The translations under genes were made by a program, and so were the position numbers. 64,000 bases of DNA from Bdellovibrio sp. (GTDB lineage Bacteria; Bdellovibrionota; Bdellovibrionia; Bdellovibrionales; Bdellovibrionaceae), in the NCBI GenBank assembly GCA_036677065.1, contig JAKFBS010000001.1, positions 352,001 through 416,000 of the forward strand. The letters are read 5' to 3'. Positions 8,184 to 19,346 of this stretch are shown piece by piece (positions within the stretch are counted from its first letter, which is position 1; each line of letters starts with the position of its first letter). The notes under the pieces are model-generated. The model did not search any database. It was not told the origin of the DNA and worked only from the letters and a program-made list of their open reading frames with translations.

Positions 8184-11100
8184 ATGACTCTTTCAGATTT
8201 ATCGATTAAAAGACCAGTTTTTGCATGGATGTTGATGTTTGGTTTGATTGTCTTCGGGGCGATTAGCTTTACGCGTATGGGTGTCAGCGACATGCCCGAT
8301 GTTGAATTTCCGATTATTGCCTTAACCGCAAGATACGAAGGAGCTGCTCCTGAAGTTATTGAAGCTGATGTGGTTGATCCGTTAGAAGACGTGCTGATCA
8401 GCATTCAAGGCATCAAAAATATTACCTCTAAGTCACGCGTTGGTGTGGCTGAAATCACTTTAGAATTTGATTTAAACCGCGATATCGATGCCGCCTTTCA
8501 AGATGTGCAGGCAAAAATTTCGCAAGCCCAAGAAATGCTTCCGCCGGCAATGGAACCCATTACGGCGATGAAAATTGCGATCTCTGAATTTCCGATCATG
8601 TGGATTTCAGTGACCAGCGATAAGATGAAATTAAATGATCTGATGGTGTTTGTTAAAAATGATATTCGTGACCGCATCACCACTGTGCCTGGGGTGGGAA
8701 ATTTGTGGATGCCAGGTTATTTAGAACCAAACTTACGTGTCTGGGTTGATAACAAGGCACTACAGCAATATGCACTTTCAATTAACGATGTGGTTGAAAA
8801 TATTCAAAATGAACATCGCGAACCGCCATCAGGACGAACTGAATATAATAAAAAAGAATACAGTCTGCGTACGCTGGGCGAAGAAAAAGATGTCACCAAG
8901 TTTTCTAATATTTTACTGAACTCTCGTGGTGGTGGGCCCAATTTTAATCCGGTACCACTTTCAAGGGTAGCGCGGGTTGAAGAAGGCACGGTCGATGTTT
9001 TGCAATTTGCCCGCACCAATGGTGCGCCCGCAGTGGGTTTAGGGGTTGTTAAACAGCGCGGAGCCAATGCAGTCACTGTGGCCAGGGGGGTGAAAGAACG
9101 TATTGCTGAAATTCAAAAAACCCTGCCTGAAGGCACAAACATCGTTGTCAACTTTGACGGAACCAAATTCGTTGAAGAATCAGTTTTTGAATTAATATTA
9201 ACTTTAGGGTTAGCAGCATTGTTAACTTCACTGGTGTGTTGGGTATTTATCGGTTCGTGGTCTTCAACGATCAATGTCTTACTGGCTATTCCGACTTCAG
9301 TGCTTGGAAGTTTTATTATTCTTAATTATTTAAATTTCACGTTAAATATTTTTACACTTTTGGGTTTAAGTTTAGCGATTGGTATTGTCGTCGATGATGC
9401 GATCATGGTCTTAGAAAATATTATTCGTCACCGCGAAAAAGGCAAAGGGCGCAAAGAAGCCGCTATTTTCGGGGCGCGTGAAATTACTTTTGCTGCGGTT
9501 GCAGCTTCTGTATCGTTAATCGCGATTTTTTTACCGATTGCTTTTATGGAAGGTATTGTCGGGCGTTTTTTATTTGAATTCGGTGTTACCCTAAGTGCTG
9601 CCGTGATGATTTCATTACTTGAAGCTTTAACACTGACACCGATGCGTGCTTCGCAATTTAAAGGCAGCATTGAGCGCACTTCTAAATTTGGTCATCTGTT
9701 TGAAGCCAAGTTTCTTCGCTTACGTGATTTTTATCATCGCACCTTAGAATATTCGTTAAATCACCGCTGGAAAGTCATCGGCGGGTCAGTTGTATTTTTT
9801 GTTCTAAGCTTTGGTTCAGCTGCTTTCTTAAAAGGTGAATTTCAACCAGCACAAGATCAAAGTATGTTAATGATCCAAATCACCAACCCTCCAGGATCAG
9901 CGATCACTTTAACTGACGAGCGCGCAAAATTGATTGAAGACTACCTAAAAAATCGCAGTGAAGTGAATTCTTACTTCGTGGCAGCCGGGGGCTTTACCGG
10001 TGGTGAAACTAATGCAGCGATTGTCTTCGTAGAATTAAAACCGAAAGGCCAGCGCGGGATTGATCCAGAAAAGAAAAAAGAATTAAGCCAACAAGAATTA
10101 ATCGAAATCGTGCGTGAATATTTAGTTAAAGCATTACCTGATGCAAAACCACAGGTACAAGATCCATCAACCCAAGGTTTTGGCGGTGGTGGCGGCAGTG
10201 GTTATCCGGTTGAATTTACGATTCAAGGACCAAACTGGAATGAACTTGGTAAAATGGCTGAACAAATCATTAAAGAGGTCACTGATAAAAAAGTGATGAC
10301 TGACGTAAATTCAGATTTATTAACTGGCGCTCCTGAAATGCATATTATCCCGAATCGGCAAAAAGCCTCAGACCGCGGTGTTGCAGTAACGGCAGTTGGT
10401 ATGGCGGTAAACGCTGGATTAGGCGGAGCCATTGCCGGTTCGATTGAAAAAGCCGGGCATCGTTATGATATCAGAGTAAAACTTGAAGAAGATGGTAAGT
10501 CGCCGAAAGATCGCATTATGTCATTGTATGTGCGTAATAATCGCGGTGAGTTGGTTCCAATTTCTTCTGTGGTAGAAATAAAAGAAGAAACTGTGGCCTC
10601 TTCGATTTCTAGAAAAAACCGTGAGCGCGCGATCACTATTTTTGGTAACGTCGGTACCGGCTTAAGTCAGCAAGAGACCTTAACGAAAGCTGAAGAGATC
10701 GCAAAAGCTGCGCTAAAAGAAGGTTACACGTTTAACTTGAGTGGTTCTGCCGAAGAGTTTATGAAAAGTTTTATCGGCCTAGTCGTCACGCTGGTCTTAG
10801 GATTTCTAGTGGCCTACATGGTGTTAGCTTCGCAGTTTAATAGTTTTATTGATCCGATCACGGTGTTTGTGGCGTTGCCGTTCAGTTTTTCAGGAGCGTT
10901 TATCGCCTTACTAATGGGCGGGCAGACGCTGAACTTATTTAGTATGATTGGTTTTATTTTATTAATGGGTATCGTGAAAAAGAATTCGATTCTATTAGTG
11001 GATTTTACAAATCAAATGCGTGAAGGTGGCAGTGATGTGAAATCTGCATTACTTGAAGCATGTCCGAACAGACTGCGTCCGATTTTAATGACATCAATTG

Positions 11101-11282
11101 CTACTATTGCCGGTGCCATTCCAGCAGCGATGAGTTTTGGTCCTGGTGCTGAAGCCCGTCAGCCGATGGCGATTGCGGTCATTGGTGGAGTATTGGTTTC
11201 AACGTTATTAACATTGTATGTGGTGCCGAGTGTTTACAGCATGCTTTCGCGATTTAGTCATTCGCACCGTGAAGATTCGTAA
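8184..11282 (+). CDS. RND efflux transporter permease (AcrB/MdtB-like)
   Basis: 1032 aa; SIKRPV start, GIVVDDAI, KKNSILLVDF, RLRPILMTS. Confidence 0.96.
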   Translation: MTLSDLSIKRPVFAWMLMFGLIVFGAISFTRMGVSDMPDVEFPIIALTARYEGAAPEVIEADVVDPLEDVLISIQGIKNITSKSRVGVAEITLEFDLNRDIDAAFQDVQAKISQAQEMLPPAMEPITAMKIAISEFPIMWISVTSDKMKLNDLMVFVKNDIRDRITTVPGVGNLWMPGYLEPNLRVWVDNKALQQYALSINDVVENIQNEHREPPSGRTEYNKKEYSLRTLGEEKDVTKFSNILLNSRGGGPNFNPVPLSRVARVEEGTVDVLQFARTNGAPAVGLGVVKQRGANAVTVARGVKERIAEIQKTLPEGTNIVVNFDGTKFVEESVFELILTLGLAALLTSLVCWVFIGSWSSTINVLLAIPTSVLGSFIILNYLNFTLNIFTLLGLSLAIGIVVDDAIMVLENIIRHREKGKGRKEAAIFGAREITFAAVAASVSLIAIFLPIAFMEGIVGRFLFEFGVTLSAAVMISLLEALTLTPMRASQFKGSIERTSKFGHLFEAKFLRLRDFYHRTLEYSLNHRWKVIGGSVVFFVLSFGSAAFLKGEFQPAQDQSMLMIQITNPPGSAITLTDERAKLIEDYLKNRSEVNSYFVAAGGFTGGETNAAIVFVELKPKGQRGIDPEKKKELSQQELIEIVREYLVKALPDAKPQVQDPSTQGFGGGGGSGYPVEFTIQGPNWNELGKMAEQIIKEVTDKKVMTDVNSDLLTGAPEMHIIPNRQKASDRGVAVTAVGMAVNAGLGGAIAGSIEKAGHRYDIRVKLEEDGKSPKDRIMSLYVRNNRGELVPISSVVEIKEETVASSISRKNRERAITIFGNVGTGLSQQETLTKAEEIAKAALKEGYTFNLSGSAEEFMKSFIGLVVTLVLGFLVAYMVLASQFNSFIDPITVFVALPFSFSGAFIALLMGGQTLNLFSMIGFILLMGIVKKNSILLVDFTNQMREGGSDVKSALLEACPNRLRPILMTSIATIAGAIPAAMSFGPGAEARQPMAIAVIGGVLVSTLLTLYVVPSVYSMLSRFSHSHREDS

Positions 11283-11388
11283 GAAGTTCCATTATTATGG
11301 AGCGCTTTTAGTGTTTCAAACTTAGAAACTTCTTATGCAAGATAGTCGCTGACCCCGTTTGACCGCATACTGAATAAGTCATCGGGGG

Positions 11389-13443
11389 ATGTTTATGCGC
11401 AAAACGAGTGTTTTGATCACTTTACTTTTATGTTTTGTTCTTTTTCAAAATTTTACATCAGCTCCTGGAACTCACAAAGTCATTGGCCGGATTGATTCAG
11501 TTTCGTCTGCTGCTGATGGCTCAACAGTTATTTCTGGTTGGACTTGTGATTCTGGCAAATCAAATTCAATTAATGCGCATCTTTATATAGGCGGTGCTGC
11601 GGGTGCGGGTGGTGTCTATGTAAAATCTATTACAGCTGCATTGCGATCAGAACCGGCAGTGGGTAAGGCGTGTAACGATGTTACCAATTCACCGCATAGA
11701 TTTAAATTTGAAATGCCTTATGAATTTTCAGAAAAATATGCTGGCCAAAAAATTTATGTGCATGGAATTTCAGTATCAGGTGGTAGAAATCTTTTTATTG
11801 GCCGCTCAGGCGAATTCGTAGTTCCTAAACCGCATAGCCAAATTGTTGGTTTTATAGATGGTATTATTCTTAATCCACAAAAAAACGGTTATCTTATTCG
11901 TGGCTGGGCCTGCCAAGCAGGCGCTGAACAATCAGTTTCGGTGCATGCGTATTTTGGTCTTCCCGCAGGACAAGGTGTGGTTGCAAAAATGGCCATCGCC
12001 GATTTAGCCAGTACTTCAGCTATTGCAGAAAAATGTCAGACTACATTAAAAAAACATACATTTAGTATTCCTTTAAGTTTACGCGAATATAATCGTTACG
12101 CCGGACAAAAACTTTATGTTTACGGAATTTCAACATTAGCAGGGGGAGCGAACCGTCAACTGGCGCGTTCTGGTCTGCATGCACCTAATGAACCATCTTT
12201 TGATGAAGTGTCTTGTGAAAATTGGGATGGCGTTGTTGATAGAAATATTCGCCTGGCTGCAGGCTGCGCTTTTAAAGGCCAGGTTTTATTTAAAGGCCCT
12301 GATCATACTCTGGATTGTAATAATGCAAGCATCAGTAACAACGACACTGTAGTCTCAGGAACCATCGGGCAAGGCATTGGATTATATCCGGCAAAATCGG
12401 CTTGTGAAAGTGCAGCGATTGCGACTGATGTTGCCTATCAATATTTTGAAGATCCCCGTGTCGATGGCAGCGTGGTTAAAAATTGCAATGTCAGTGGGTT
12501 TAAATTTGGTGTCTACTTTAGACGTCAAGTGTGGATTAAATCTAAAGTCAGCGGCAGTTGTGTGCTTTTAGGCGAATTTAATTCTGCCGATTCAAGAAAA
12601 GGCACATTTATTGATGTTGATTTCTACCTCGGTGGCCGTAATAAAAGATCAGCTTTTAATCCCAGCTTTATCACACTTCGTAATGTGAATGTGTCGAATT
12701 CAAAAACGGATGGAATTTTTGTGAATGAATACGCGACGAATTGGTTAATCGAACAAAGTTCAGCAATAGGAAATTCAGTTGGGCTTTATCTTGAAAGAGA
12801 AAGCGTCGGCACAAAAATCTATAATTCAGTCATTAAAGATAACCGTCATGTCGGAATTGCCATCGATGCTTCGGCAAAAAACATGATTGATCGAAATGTG
12901 ATTGATCATAATGGTTATGCGGGTATTTCGCTGTATAAAAACTGTGGCGAAGCTAATGGTGTTCCGCGCTACCTACATGCAAATCATAACGTCATCAAAC
13001 GCAACAGCATTAAAAATCATTCTTCTGGGTTTGGTCTGACAACATTAACAACAAACTATTTAAAAAGTTCTGATATTAACAGAGCAGGCGTGGGTATTTG
13101 GATCGCCTCGCGCCAAAGTATGACTTCTGAATCTATTTTAAAGGCTTATCCTAATGCCACAAAAGCCTGTGTTGATAGCCCAGTGATGGTTTCTGGAAGT
13201 GAAGTTTATAAAGATTATTCAGCTCACAATATTATTCAGCAAAATGACATGTCAGATAACCGACTGGCCAATATTATTGTCGAAGATGACAATAATAGTA
13301 TTCAGAACAATAAGTTTTTTACGACAGGGTCTATTTCAACATATGCAGATGTCATTCTGGGGCCTGTAAATGGAAGTATTATTTCAGAAAATATTTCGAC
13401 ATCACAGAATATTAAGGGAAGTGTGTTTCACTTTGGTGAATAA
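11389..13443 (+). CDS. Secreted right-handed beta-helix protein with two N-terminal ~115-aa repeats
   Basis: Signal with FQNF; Asn-rich parallel beta-helix repeats (NosD/pectin-lyase-like); duplicated G.ID...GW.C domain. Confidence 0.75.
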   Translation: MFMRKTSVLITLLLCFVLFQNFTSAPGTHKVIGRIDSVSSAADGSTVISGWTCDSGKSNSINAHLYIGGAAGAGGVYVKSITAALRSEPAVGKACNDVTNSPHRFKFEMPYEFSEKYAGQKIYVHGISVSGGRNLFIGRSGEFVVPKPHSQIVGFIDGIILNPQKNGYLIRGWACQAGAEQSVSVHAYFGLPAGQGVVAKMAIADLASTSAIAEKCQTTLKKHTFSIPLSLREYNRYAGQKLYVYGISTLAGGANRQLARSGLHAPNEPSFDEVSCENWDGVVDRNIRLAAGCAFKGQVLFKGPDHTLDCNNASISNNDTVVSGTIGQGIGLYPAKSACESAAIATDVAYQYFEDPRVDGSVVKNCNVSGFKFGVYFRRQVWIKSKVSGSCVLLGEFNSADSRKGTFIDVDFYLGGRNKRSAFNPSFITLRNVNVSNSKTDGIFVNEYATNWLIEQSSAIGNSVGLYLERESVGTKIYNSVIKDNRHVGIAIDASAKNMIDRNVIDHNGYAGISLYKNCGEANGVPRYLHANHNVIKRNSIKNHSSGFGLTTLTTNYLKSSDINRAGVGIWIASRQSMTSESILKAYPNATKACVDSPVMVSGSEVYKDYSAHNIIQQNDMSDNRLANIIVEDDNNSIQNNKFFTTGSISTYADVILGPVNGSIISENISTSQNIKGSVFHFGE

Positions 13444-13448
13444 TAAAA

Positions 13449-15185
13449 CTATAGTTCTTCAGCAAAGACTTTTTCTGTGATTTTCCAGAACTTATCTTGT
13501 TTTCTGGCGATCACAAACGCAGGTAGGCGAAATAACTTTTGATATTTTACGACATCCATCGGATTTGTAAATTCATCGGCTAGTTCTGGGCGTCGTAAAT
13601 GCGAACGTAAAAAATTAATATTAAATTTCTTAAGCGAAGTCGGATTACTAAAAAAATGGGCTTCGCTGATATATTGTGAATCCAGATCGTAATATCTGAT
13701 TTCTAGATACGGATTAGAATTTTTATCTTTACGCTCTTCAAATGAAATGCGGTCTGGCGTCAGCACATGCGCATTTTTAGAAAGTCTGGCTTGTTTTAAT
13801 TTTGCATCAGCATCAATAAGTACAGCTTTACAGTTATCACAAGCTTTAGCGGTGATATCGTTTTCACCACCACAGCTATGACAAATCTTAGATCTAAATC
13901 TGTACCCACACGGAACAATTTTAAAAGTATCGGGATCTTGTTTGGCGCCACGGCATTTTCTGCCGAAGTGTTCATACACAATGCCATCATTATCTGCATA
14001 ACCCCAGAAATCATTCACATGATCACACACCGGGCAAGGCACTTGTACAGCGACAGTATCTTTAGCAGGGCGTTTATCGCTGATTTCAGGAGTAAAGATA
14101 TCATGGCCCATGCCAGTATAATCTAGGATATAACAATCTTTTTTATCATCTGATAAGCGCAAGCCACGGCCGACAATTTGTTGGTATAAACTATTTGATT
14201 CTGTCGGGCGAAGAATCGCGATGACATCCACATGAGGGGCATCAAAACCTGTCGTTAATACTGAAACATTCACTAGGTATTTAAATTTTTTCTTTTTGAA
14301 ATCATTAATGATGTCGTTACGTTCGCTCATTTCAGTATCGCCAATAACCATGCGGGCATCACCCTTAGGTAAATAGCTCATGATTTCTTCAGCATGTTTA
14401 ATTGTGCTGCTAAAAATCATCACACCTTTACGGTTATATTTTTCAGTGATGTCGATAATATTTTTAATAATTAAGGGCGTCAGGCGCTTTTGGCTATTTA
14501 AAATTTCTTCGATTTCAGCTGTGGTGTAGGAGCGATTTTTTTCGGTTAATTCAGAAAAATCATAACAAGTAACCGGAATATCCACTTTTACCGGCTGGGT
14601 AAGAAATTTATTTTTAATCATGTACGACAGCGGCAGCTCGAACACACACTGTTTAAAAAAGCGATTTTTTTCGGTTTTAAGTTCACCTAGATTTGAATAT
14701 TCGTAAATCCAGCCTACACCTAAGCGATACGGCGTGGCTGTGAGCCCTAAAATACAAAGTTCGGGGTTACGCTCTAGCAGCTTGCTGATAACACTTTGAT
14801 ATTGCGTTGAACCTTCTTCATCGACCCGGTGACATTCATCAATGACTAATAATGAAAAATTCTCGAAAAAATTATCTGGCGCACGTGCTACCGATTGTAC
14901 GCTGCCAAAAATGGCTTTGTGATCCCAGTCTTTTTTGCCAAGACTTGCAGAAAAAATTCCGGCAGATAAGCCGTAGCTTTTATATTTTTCATAGTTTTGT
15001 TCAACCAGTTCTTTAACGTGCGCTAAAACTAAGACGCGGCCTTTGGCAATGCGCGCAAGTTCTGCGATAACTAAACTTTTACCGGCGCCCGTAGGCAAGA
15101 CGATAACAGCAGGCACGCGTTTTTTTTGAAAAAACTTAATCGTGTTATTTACAGCCTGTTGTTGGTAATCGCGTAGCTTATACAT
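13449..15185 (-). CDS. radD: DNA repair helicase RadD (YejH)
   Basis: [45 protein letters not shown]-terminal Zn-finger CPVC/CGYRF. Confidence 0.9.
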   Translation of the reverse strand: MYKLRDYQQQAVNNTIKFFQKKRVPAVIVLPTGAGKSLVIAELARIAKGRVLVLAHVKELVEQNYEKYKSYGLSAGIFSASLGKKDWDHKAIFGSVQSVARAPDNFFENFSLLVIDECHRVDEEGSTQYQSVISKLLERNPELCILGLTATPYRLGVGWIYEYSNLGELKTEKNRFFKQCVFELPLSYMIKNKFLTQPVKVDIPVTCYDFSELTEKNRSYTTAEIEEILNSQKRLTPLIIKNIIDITEKYNRKGVMIFSSTIKHAEEIMSYLPKGDARMVIGDTEMSERNDIINDFKKKKFKYLVNVSVLTTGFDAPHVDVIAILRPTESNSLYQQIVGRGLRLSDDKKDCYILDYTGMGHDIFTPEISDKRPAKDTVAVQVPCPVCDHVNDFWGYADNDGIVYEHFGRKCRGAKQDPDTFKIVPCGYRFRSKICHSCGGENDITAKACDNCKAVLIDADAKLKQARLSKNAHVLTPDRISFEERKDKNSNPYLEIRYYDLDSQYISEAHFFSNPTSLKKFNINFLRSHLRRPELADEFTNPMDVVKYQKLFRLPAFVIARKQDKFWKITEKVFAEEL

Positions 15186-15210
15186 TTCAAGGCAGTATAA
15201 CCTTGATTAA

Positions 15211-15726
15211 TTAAAATGGCACTTCGATTTTATAAACATAGGATTTTTTTGGCGGACCGTACGAGATGACAACATCTTGAACGCCGGTATTAATAGCGCC
15301 GATTTTTTCCATCGCCTTTTGTGAGCGTTTATTGTTTAAACCGACTTGAAAATAAGTGGTTTTTACAAATTGTAAAGCGTAATTAACCACTAATTTTTTA
15401 AGCTCTTTATTGAAATTTCCGCCCCAGTATTTTCTGGTCATAAACGTATAACCGATGATCACTGAAGAGTCTTCTTTTGCATAATCATAAAAGCGGGTAG
15501 TTCCGATTATTTCATGGGTCGTGTGATCTATAATAACTAACGCACCTTTTGATTCCAGGGCTTCATTAAAAAAAGGTTTAAACACTTCTGCTTTATAGCG
15601 ATCTGATTGTGGGTGTTGCTCCCAAATCAGCGGATCAGATGCAGCTTTTAATAAATTATCGTAGTCTGCTTGTTGAAGTGGGCGCAGTTCAAGGCGTTCG
15701 CTGATTAAAGTGGGTTGCAGATTCAT
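15211..15726 (-). CDS. GNAT (RimJ/RimL-like) N-acetyltransferase
   Basis: [22 protein letters not shown]. Confidence 0.88.
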   Translation of the reverse strand: MNLQPTLISERLELRPLQQADYDNLLKAASDPLIWEQHPQSDRYKAEVFKPFFNEALESKGALVIIDHTTHEIIGTTRFYDYAKEDSSVIIGYTFMTRKYWGGNFNKELKKLVVNYALQFVKTTYFQVGLNNKRSQKAMEKIGAINTGVQDVVISYGPPKKSYVYKIEVPF

Positions 15727-16181
15727 AATTTTTTATCTTTCTTTAAAGATTGAATAATGCGATCAAGTGTAGCTAAAAATTTTGACCGGGCTTGTTTATC
15801 CATCGGAGCAGGTCCACCACGCACTTCGCCCATGTGCCGAAGATTTTGCATCAGTTCTCGGCTAGCAACGGCAGATCCTATATTGTCTTCGGTAAATTCA
15901 TCACCTTTATGCCCTAGCACGCGGGCTAATTTTTTTACACAGCGTTCAGCTAATAAAATATCTGCCGTTACCACAATATCAAAAGCTTGGCATTGCTCGA
16001 CGATCCAATCATCGGCGGCATCAAAATTACCTTTAACGACAATCATTTCTAAAAGTGGATTTAATGGCAGATTTAAGGGTTTATTGGCAACAAGCACAAC
16101 ATTAAGCTGATAGCGCTCGGCCACGCGATAGACTTCTTCTTTCACGGGACAACCATCAGCATCTATAAATATTTTCGCCAT
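15723..16181 (-). CDS. yaiI: YaiI/YqxD (UPF0178) family protein
   Basis: [31 protein letters not shown]. Confidence 0.9.
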   Translation of the reverse strand: MAKIFIDADGCPVKEEVYRVAERYQLNVVLVANKPLNLPLNPLLEMIVVKGNFDAADDWIVEQCQAFDIVVTADILLAERCVKKLARVLGHKGDEFTEDNIGSAVASRELMQNLRHMGEVRGGPAPMDKQARSKFLATLDRIIQSLKKDKKL

Positions 16182-16213
16182 GGGCTTATGCTACACTTAA
16201 CAGCGCCAATAAA

Positions 16214-16837
16214 TCAATGCGGATGCATGCTTCCTGATGGGTGCATTCGGGTCAGCGGGTGGCTGATCGAGGTTTGTAATGAATCACTGAGATAGATTTT
16301 ACATTTAACGATATAGGTTTCGCTCATGCGTTCAAGTTCTGATCGAAGAAACAATTTTTCAGCTAGCGGAAAAATCTGGTGTTCTTCTTCATGAATATGG
16401 TTTTTAACAAGGCTTGCAACAACTCTTGCTTTGGCTTCGATTTCTTCGTTCCATGAATCGCGATAGCCCATTTCTAAGAGTTCGCGTTCCATGCGAAAAG
16501 CCACATCATGTTCATCCTGAGCAGAAAAACCCGCTAGGCGCGCATCTTTATCGGCATGATCACGAAGGGCGGGATATAATACTTCTTCTTCGGCTTTGCC
16601 GTGCATTTCAAGTAATCTAAAAAAACGAAACAAATGATCTTGTTTTTCAACATCCGTTGCCGCTTTATTCATTAGAACATCAATAGATTGTTCAATAAAG
16701 TCGTGATGTCTTTCCATAAGCGGAATAAATTCCATTTCATCAATAAGGGCTTCATCTAAGCCTAACTGCACATCTTCTAATGGCAGGGCTTCATGCGGAA
16801 CAATAGATTTAAAAAAGTCTTCGATAACATTAGCCAT
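16214..16837 (-). CDS. Hemerythrin/HHE domain protein
   Basis: H..AEEEVLYP, DEH, HIHEEEHQIFP. Confidence 0.85.
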   Translation of the reverse strand: MANVIEDFFKSIVPHEALPLEDVQLGLDEALIDEMEFIPLMERHHDFIEQSIDVLMNKAATDVEKQDHLFRFFRLLEMHGKAEEEVLYPALRDHADKDARLAGFSAQDEHDVAFRMERELLEMGYRDSWNEEIEAKARVVASLVKNHIHEEEHQIFPLAEKLFLRSELERMSETYIVKCKIYLSDSLQTSISHPLTRMHPSGSMHPH

Positions 16838-16893
16838 AAAATTCTCCTTTTATGCGCGTGGCATCGTAGGTAATGGGTACCTAGAAGAATAAA

Positions 16894-16909
16894 TGCAATC
16901 CATTCGCCA
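16894..16909 (-). promoter_or_regulatory. Putative sigma54 -24/-12 promoter
   Basis: TGGCGAATGGATTGCA upstream of the hemerythrin gene. Confidence 0.55.
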
Positions 16910-16939
16910 CAGGGCAAATTGGTACTTAGCTGCTGCTTC

Positions 16940-17512
16940 TTAAGTATTTTTAACCGCATCACCGATCGCATAGTAATTACCGCCGGCGATGTGATGGATG
17001 CTTCTTAAATTTGGGTCTGCGGTTTCAAAATGCCAACGACCATCTTTGCAAACGCGTGTGTCGGCCCAAGCTGCGATAATTTCTACAACGAATAGATCAT
17101 AAGTGTTTTGTATATGGGGTTCTGGAATCACTTTGCAAGCAAGCCAAGCCGTACATCCTGCTACAAAGGGTAAATCAAAACCGTCGATATTAAATAATTC
17201 AACGCCAGCTTTTTTTAATTTGTCGGCATCATCAGCTAAACTATGACTGCCCACCGCCGTAGTCAGTTGAGCTTGTGCAACCGTAGGCACTTGAATACAT
17301 AAGTAACCAGTTTTATCGACAAATTCGCGTGTCTTAGTTTCGCTATCAATAACCACAGTTAATTTCGGTGGGGTAAAATCTAAAGCACAGGCCCAGGCTG
17401 CGGCCATTACGTTATCCACACCCTCAAAGCGTGAAGACACTAAAACGGTCGGGCCATGATTAATTAAACGGTAAGCTTTAGCTAACTCGACTTCAGCCAG
17501 ATATGGGTTCAT
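16940..17512 (-). CDS. Flavin reductase family protein
   Basis: AYRLINHGPTVLVS, NVMAAAW, HHIAGG; SD aaggag before ATG 17512. Confidence 0.9.
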   Translation of the reverse strand: MNPYLAEVELAKAYRLINHGPTVLVSSRFEGVDNVMAAAWACALDFTPPKLTVVIDSETKTREFVDKTGYLCIQVPTVAQAQLTTAVGSHSLADDADKLKKAGVELFNIDGFDLPFVAGCTAWLACKVIPEPHIQNTYDLFVVEIIAAWADTRVCKDGRWHFETADPNLRSIHHIAGGNYYAIGDAVKNT

Positions 17513-17658
17513 GAAAACTCCTTGAGAAAACCAGATTTCTAGTCCAGCGTAGCCGCACTTTTTCATCAAGTCACTTGCCTATGACAGAGCTCATCAATAG
17601 ACTTTCTTTCACACCATTTGTTTATATATAAACAAAAATTATTTTAGAGGAGTTCTAG

Positions 17659-18291
17659 ATGAAAACATCATTCGTATTAGCATTAACAGTTTTGACACTT
17701 GGTCTTAACGTATCAGCTAAAGATAAAAAAGCTGCAACGGCAGCCCCAGCAGCCGCAGTAGAAACTTACAAAGTGGATACAGCAGCAAGCACAGTTAGCT
17801 GGAAAGGCACTAAAAAATTAGGAAGCTTTCATGAAGGCACGATGGCTGTTCAAGGCGGATCATTCGCTGTTGAAAAAGACATGGTTAAATCAGGTGATGT
17901 AACTGTTGATATGACATCAATTAAAGATACAGATATTAAAGATGCTGATAACAACAAAAAATTAGTTGGCCACTTATCTAGCCCTGATTTTTTTAACGTA
18001 GCTAAATACCCAACTTCAACTTTTAAAATCACTTCAGTTACTGCTGGCAAAGCTAAAAATGAAATGACAGTTAAAGGTGATTTCACGATGATTGGCCAAA
18101 CACACCCAATTGAATTTCCTGCGGTAGTTACAATTGCCAATGGTCAAGCGACTGGTGATGCGACTGTAAAAGTTGATCGCACTAAATGGGGTTTGAAATA
18201 TAACTCTGGTAACGTGATTAAAGATTTAGCTGCTGATAAAATTATTAATGATGAATTTGAATTAAAATTAAAACTAGTTGCTAAAAAGTAA
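17659..18291 (+). CDS. YceI family lipid/polyisoprenoid-binding protein
   Basis: Signal peptide; HL.SPDFFNVAKYPT, DRTKWGLKY. Confidence 0.92.
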   Translation: MKTSFVLALTVLTLGLNVSAKDKKAATAAPAAAVETYKVDTAASTVSWKGTKKLGSFHEGTMAVQGGSFAVEKDMVKSGDVTVDMTSIKDTDIKDADNNKKLVGHLSSPDFFNVAKYPTSTFKITSVTAGKAKNEMTVKGDFTMIGQTHPIEFPAVVTIANGQATGDATVKVDRTKWGLKYNSGNVIKDLAADKIINDEFELKLKLVAKK

Positions 18292-18315
18292 TTAGAAATT
18301 AAATTTGATTTCGCG

Positions 18316-18345
18316 AAAAAGCCCTACATCGTAGGGCTTTTTTTT
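18316..18345. terminator. Bidirectional intrinsic terminator
   Basis: AAAAAGCCCTAC-atc-GTAGGGCTTTTTTTT between convergent genes. Confidence 0.9.
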
Positions 18346-19231
18346 ATTTTAAGTGCGTTTTAAAAAAATCGACGGTGCGGGTCCAAGCTAGTTTTGCTGC
18401 TTTATCATCAAATCTTGGAGTCGTGTCATTATGAAAACCGTGTTGAGCGCCTTCATACATATGATGCGCAAAATTGACCTTATTGGCTTTAAGTGCAGCT
18501 ACGTAGGCAGGAATTCCCTTAACAATGCGTTCATCAAGTGAAGCATCATGAATTAATACAGCGGCTTTAATATTTTTGACTTCATCGGCTGGAGGTTGTG
18601 AGCCGTAAAATGGAACGGCCGCTTGTAATTTATCACCCATTCTGACAGCTAAGGTATTAGAAATTGCACCACCAAAACAAAAACCGACAACACCAAGTTT
18701 TCCGGTCGAGTCATTGCGATTTTTTAACCAAAGTGCCGAAGCTATAAAATCTTCTGTCATTTTTTCGCGATCAACGGTTTTAAATAGAGCTCCGCCTTTT
18801 TCGTCGTCACCGGGGTAGCCACCTACACTGGTTAATCCATCTGGAGCAAAAGCAATAAAACCTTCAGTGGCTAAGCGTCTGGCAACGTCTTCAACGTAAG
18901 GATTTAGGCCGCGATTTTCATGCACGACAAGAACTGCAGGGTATATGCCTTTTTTTGCAGGCATTGCTAAATGACCCCTGATAGTTCCGTGACCAATAGC
19001 TGACACCACAGTCACTGTTTCGGTTTTAATGCGTTTATCATTTTTTGGAACTTGAATCGCTAAAGCGTAATTTGGCTTAATCAAATCAAACATCGCGTTG
19101 ATCGTCATACCGGCGATAGCAAACTTTGCTGCATGCATTAGAAAAGTTCGGCGATCCATTTCGCCGTGCACGTAACGATCAAATAAAGACCAAAGCTCTT
19201 GCGGAAATTCGTCGGCAGATTTTCTTTTCAT
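18344..19231 (-). CDS. Dienelactone hydrolase family (YghX-like)
   Basis: YVHG..DRR.F, HENRGL, GFCFGG, HGFHNDTTPR; start 19231 or 19243. Confidence 0.92.
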   Translation of the reverse strand: MKRKSADEFPQELWSLFDRYVHGEMDRRTFLMHAAKFAIAGMTINAMFDLIKPNYALAIQVPKNDKRIKTETVTVVSAIGHGTIRGHLAMPAKKGIYPAVLVVHENRGLNPYVEDVARRLATEGFIAFAPDGLTSVGGYPGDDEKGGALFKTVDREKMTEDFIASALWLKNRNDSTGKLGVVGFCFGGAISNTLAVRMGDKLQAAVPFYGSQPPADEVKNIKAAVLIHDASLDERIVKGIPAYVAALKANKVNFAHHMYEGAQHGFHNDTTPRFDDKAAKLAWTRTVDFFKTHLK

Positions 19232-19318
19232 GGGCTCAAGCATAGCTAGGCTTTATTTTGAAGTGTATTGAAAATCAGTCTTGAAGCGGTGAGCATATTT
19301 TTATCAATTAGTTTTTAA

Positions 19319-19334
19319 TGGCGCATTTATTGCT
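19319..19334 (+). promoter_or_regulatory. Putative sigma54 -24/-12 promoter
   Basis: TGGCGCATTTATTGCT; would give a nearly leaderless transcript for 19347. Confidence 0.5.
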
Positions 19335-19346
19335 TTTGTAAACGAT

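Noticed and set aside
11353..11387. Possible hairpin (CCCCG..TGAC / GTCA.CGGGG) over the SD of the beta-helix gene; riboswitch?
   Set aside because: Short interrupted stem and no recognisable aptamer consensus; cannot be supported without folding or covariance analysis.
13449..15185. Helicase as a restriction or defence component
   Set aside because: Motifs and Zn finger match housekeeping RadD; no methylase or nuclease partner.
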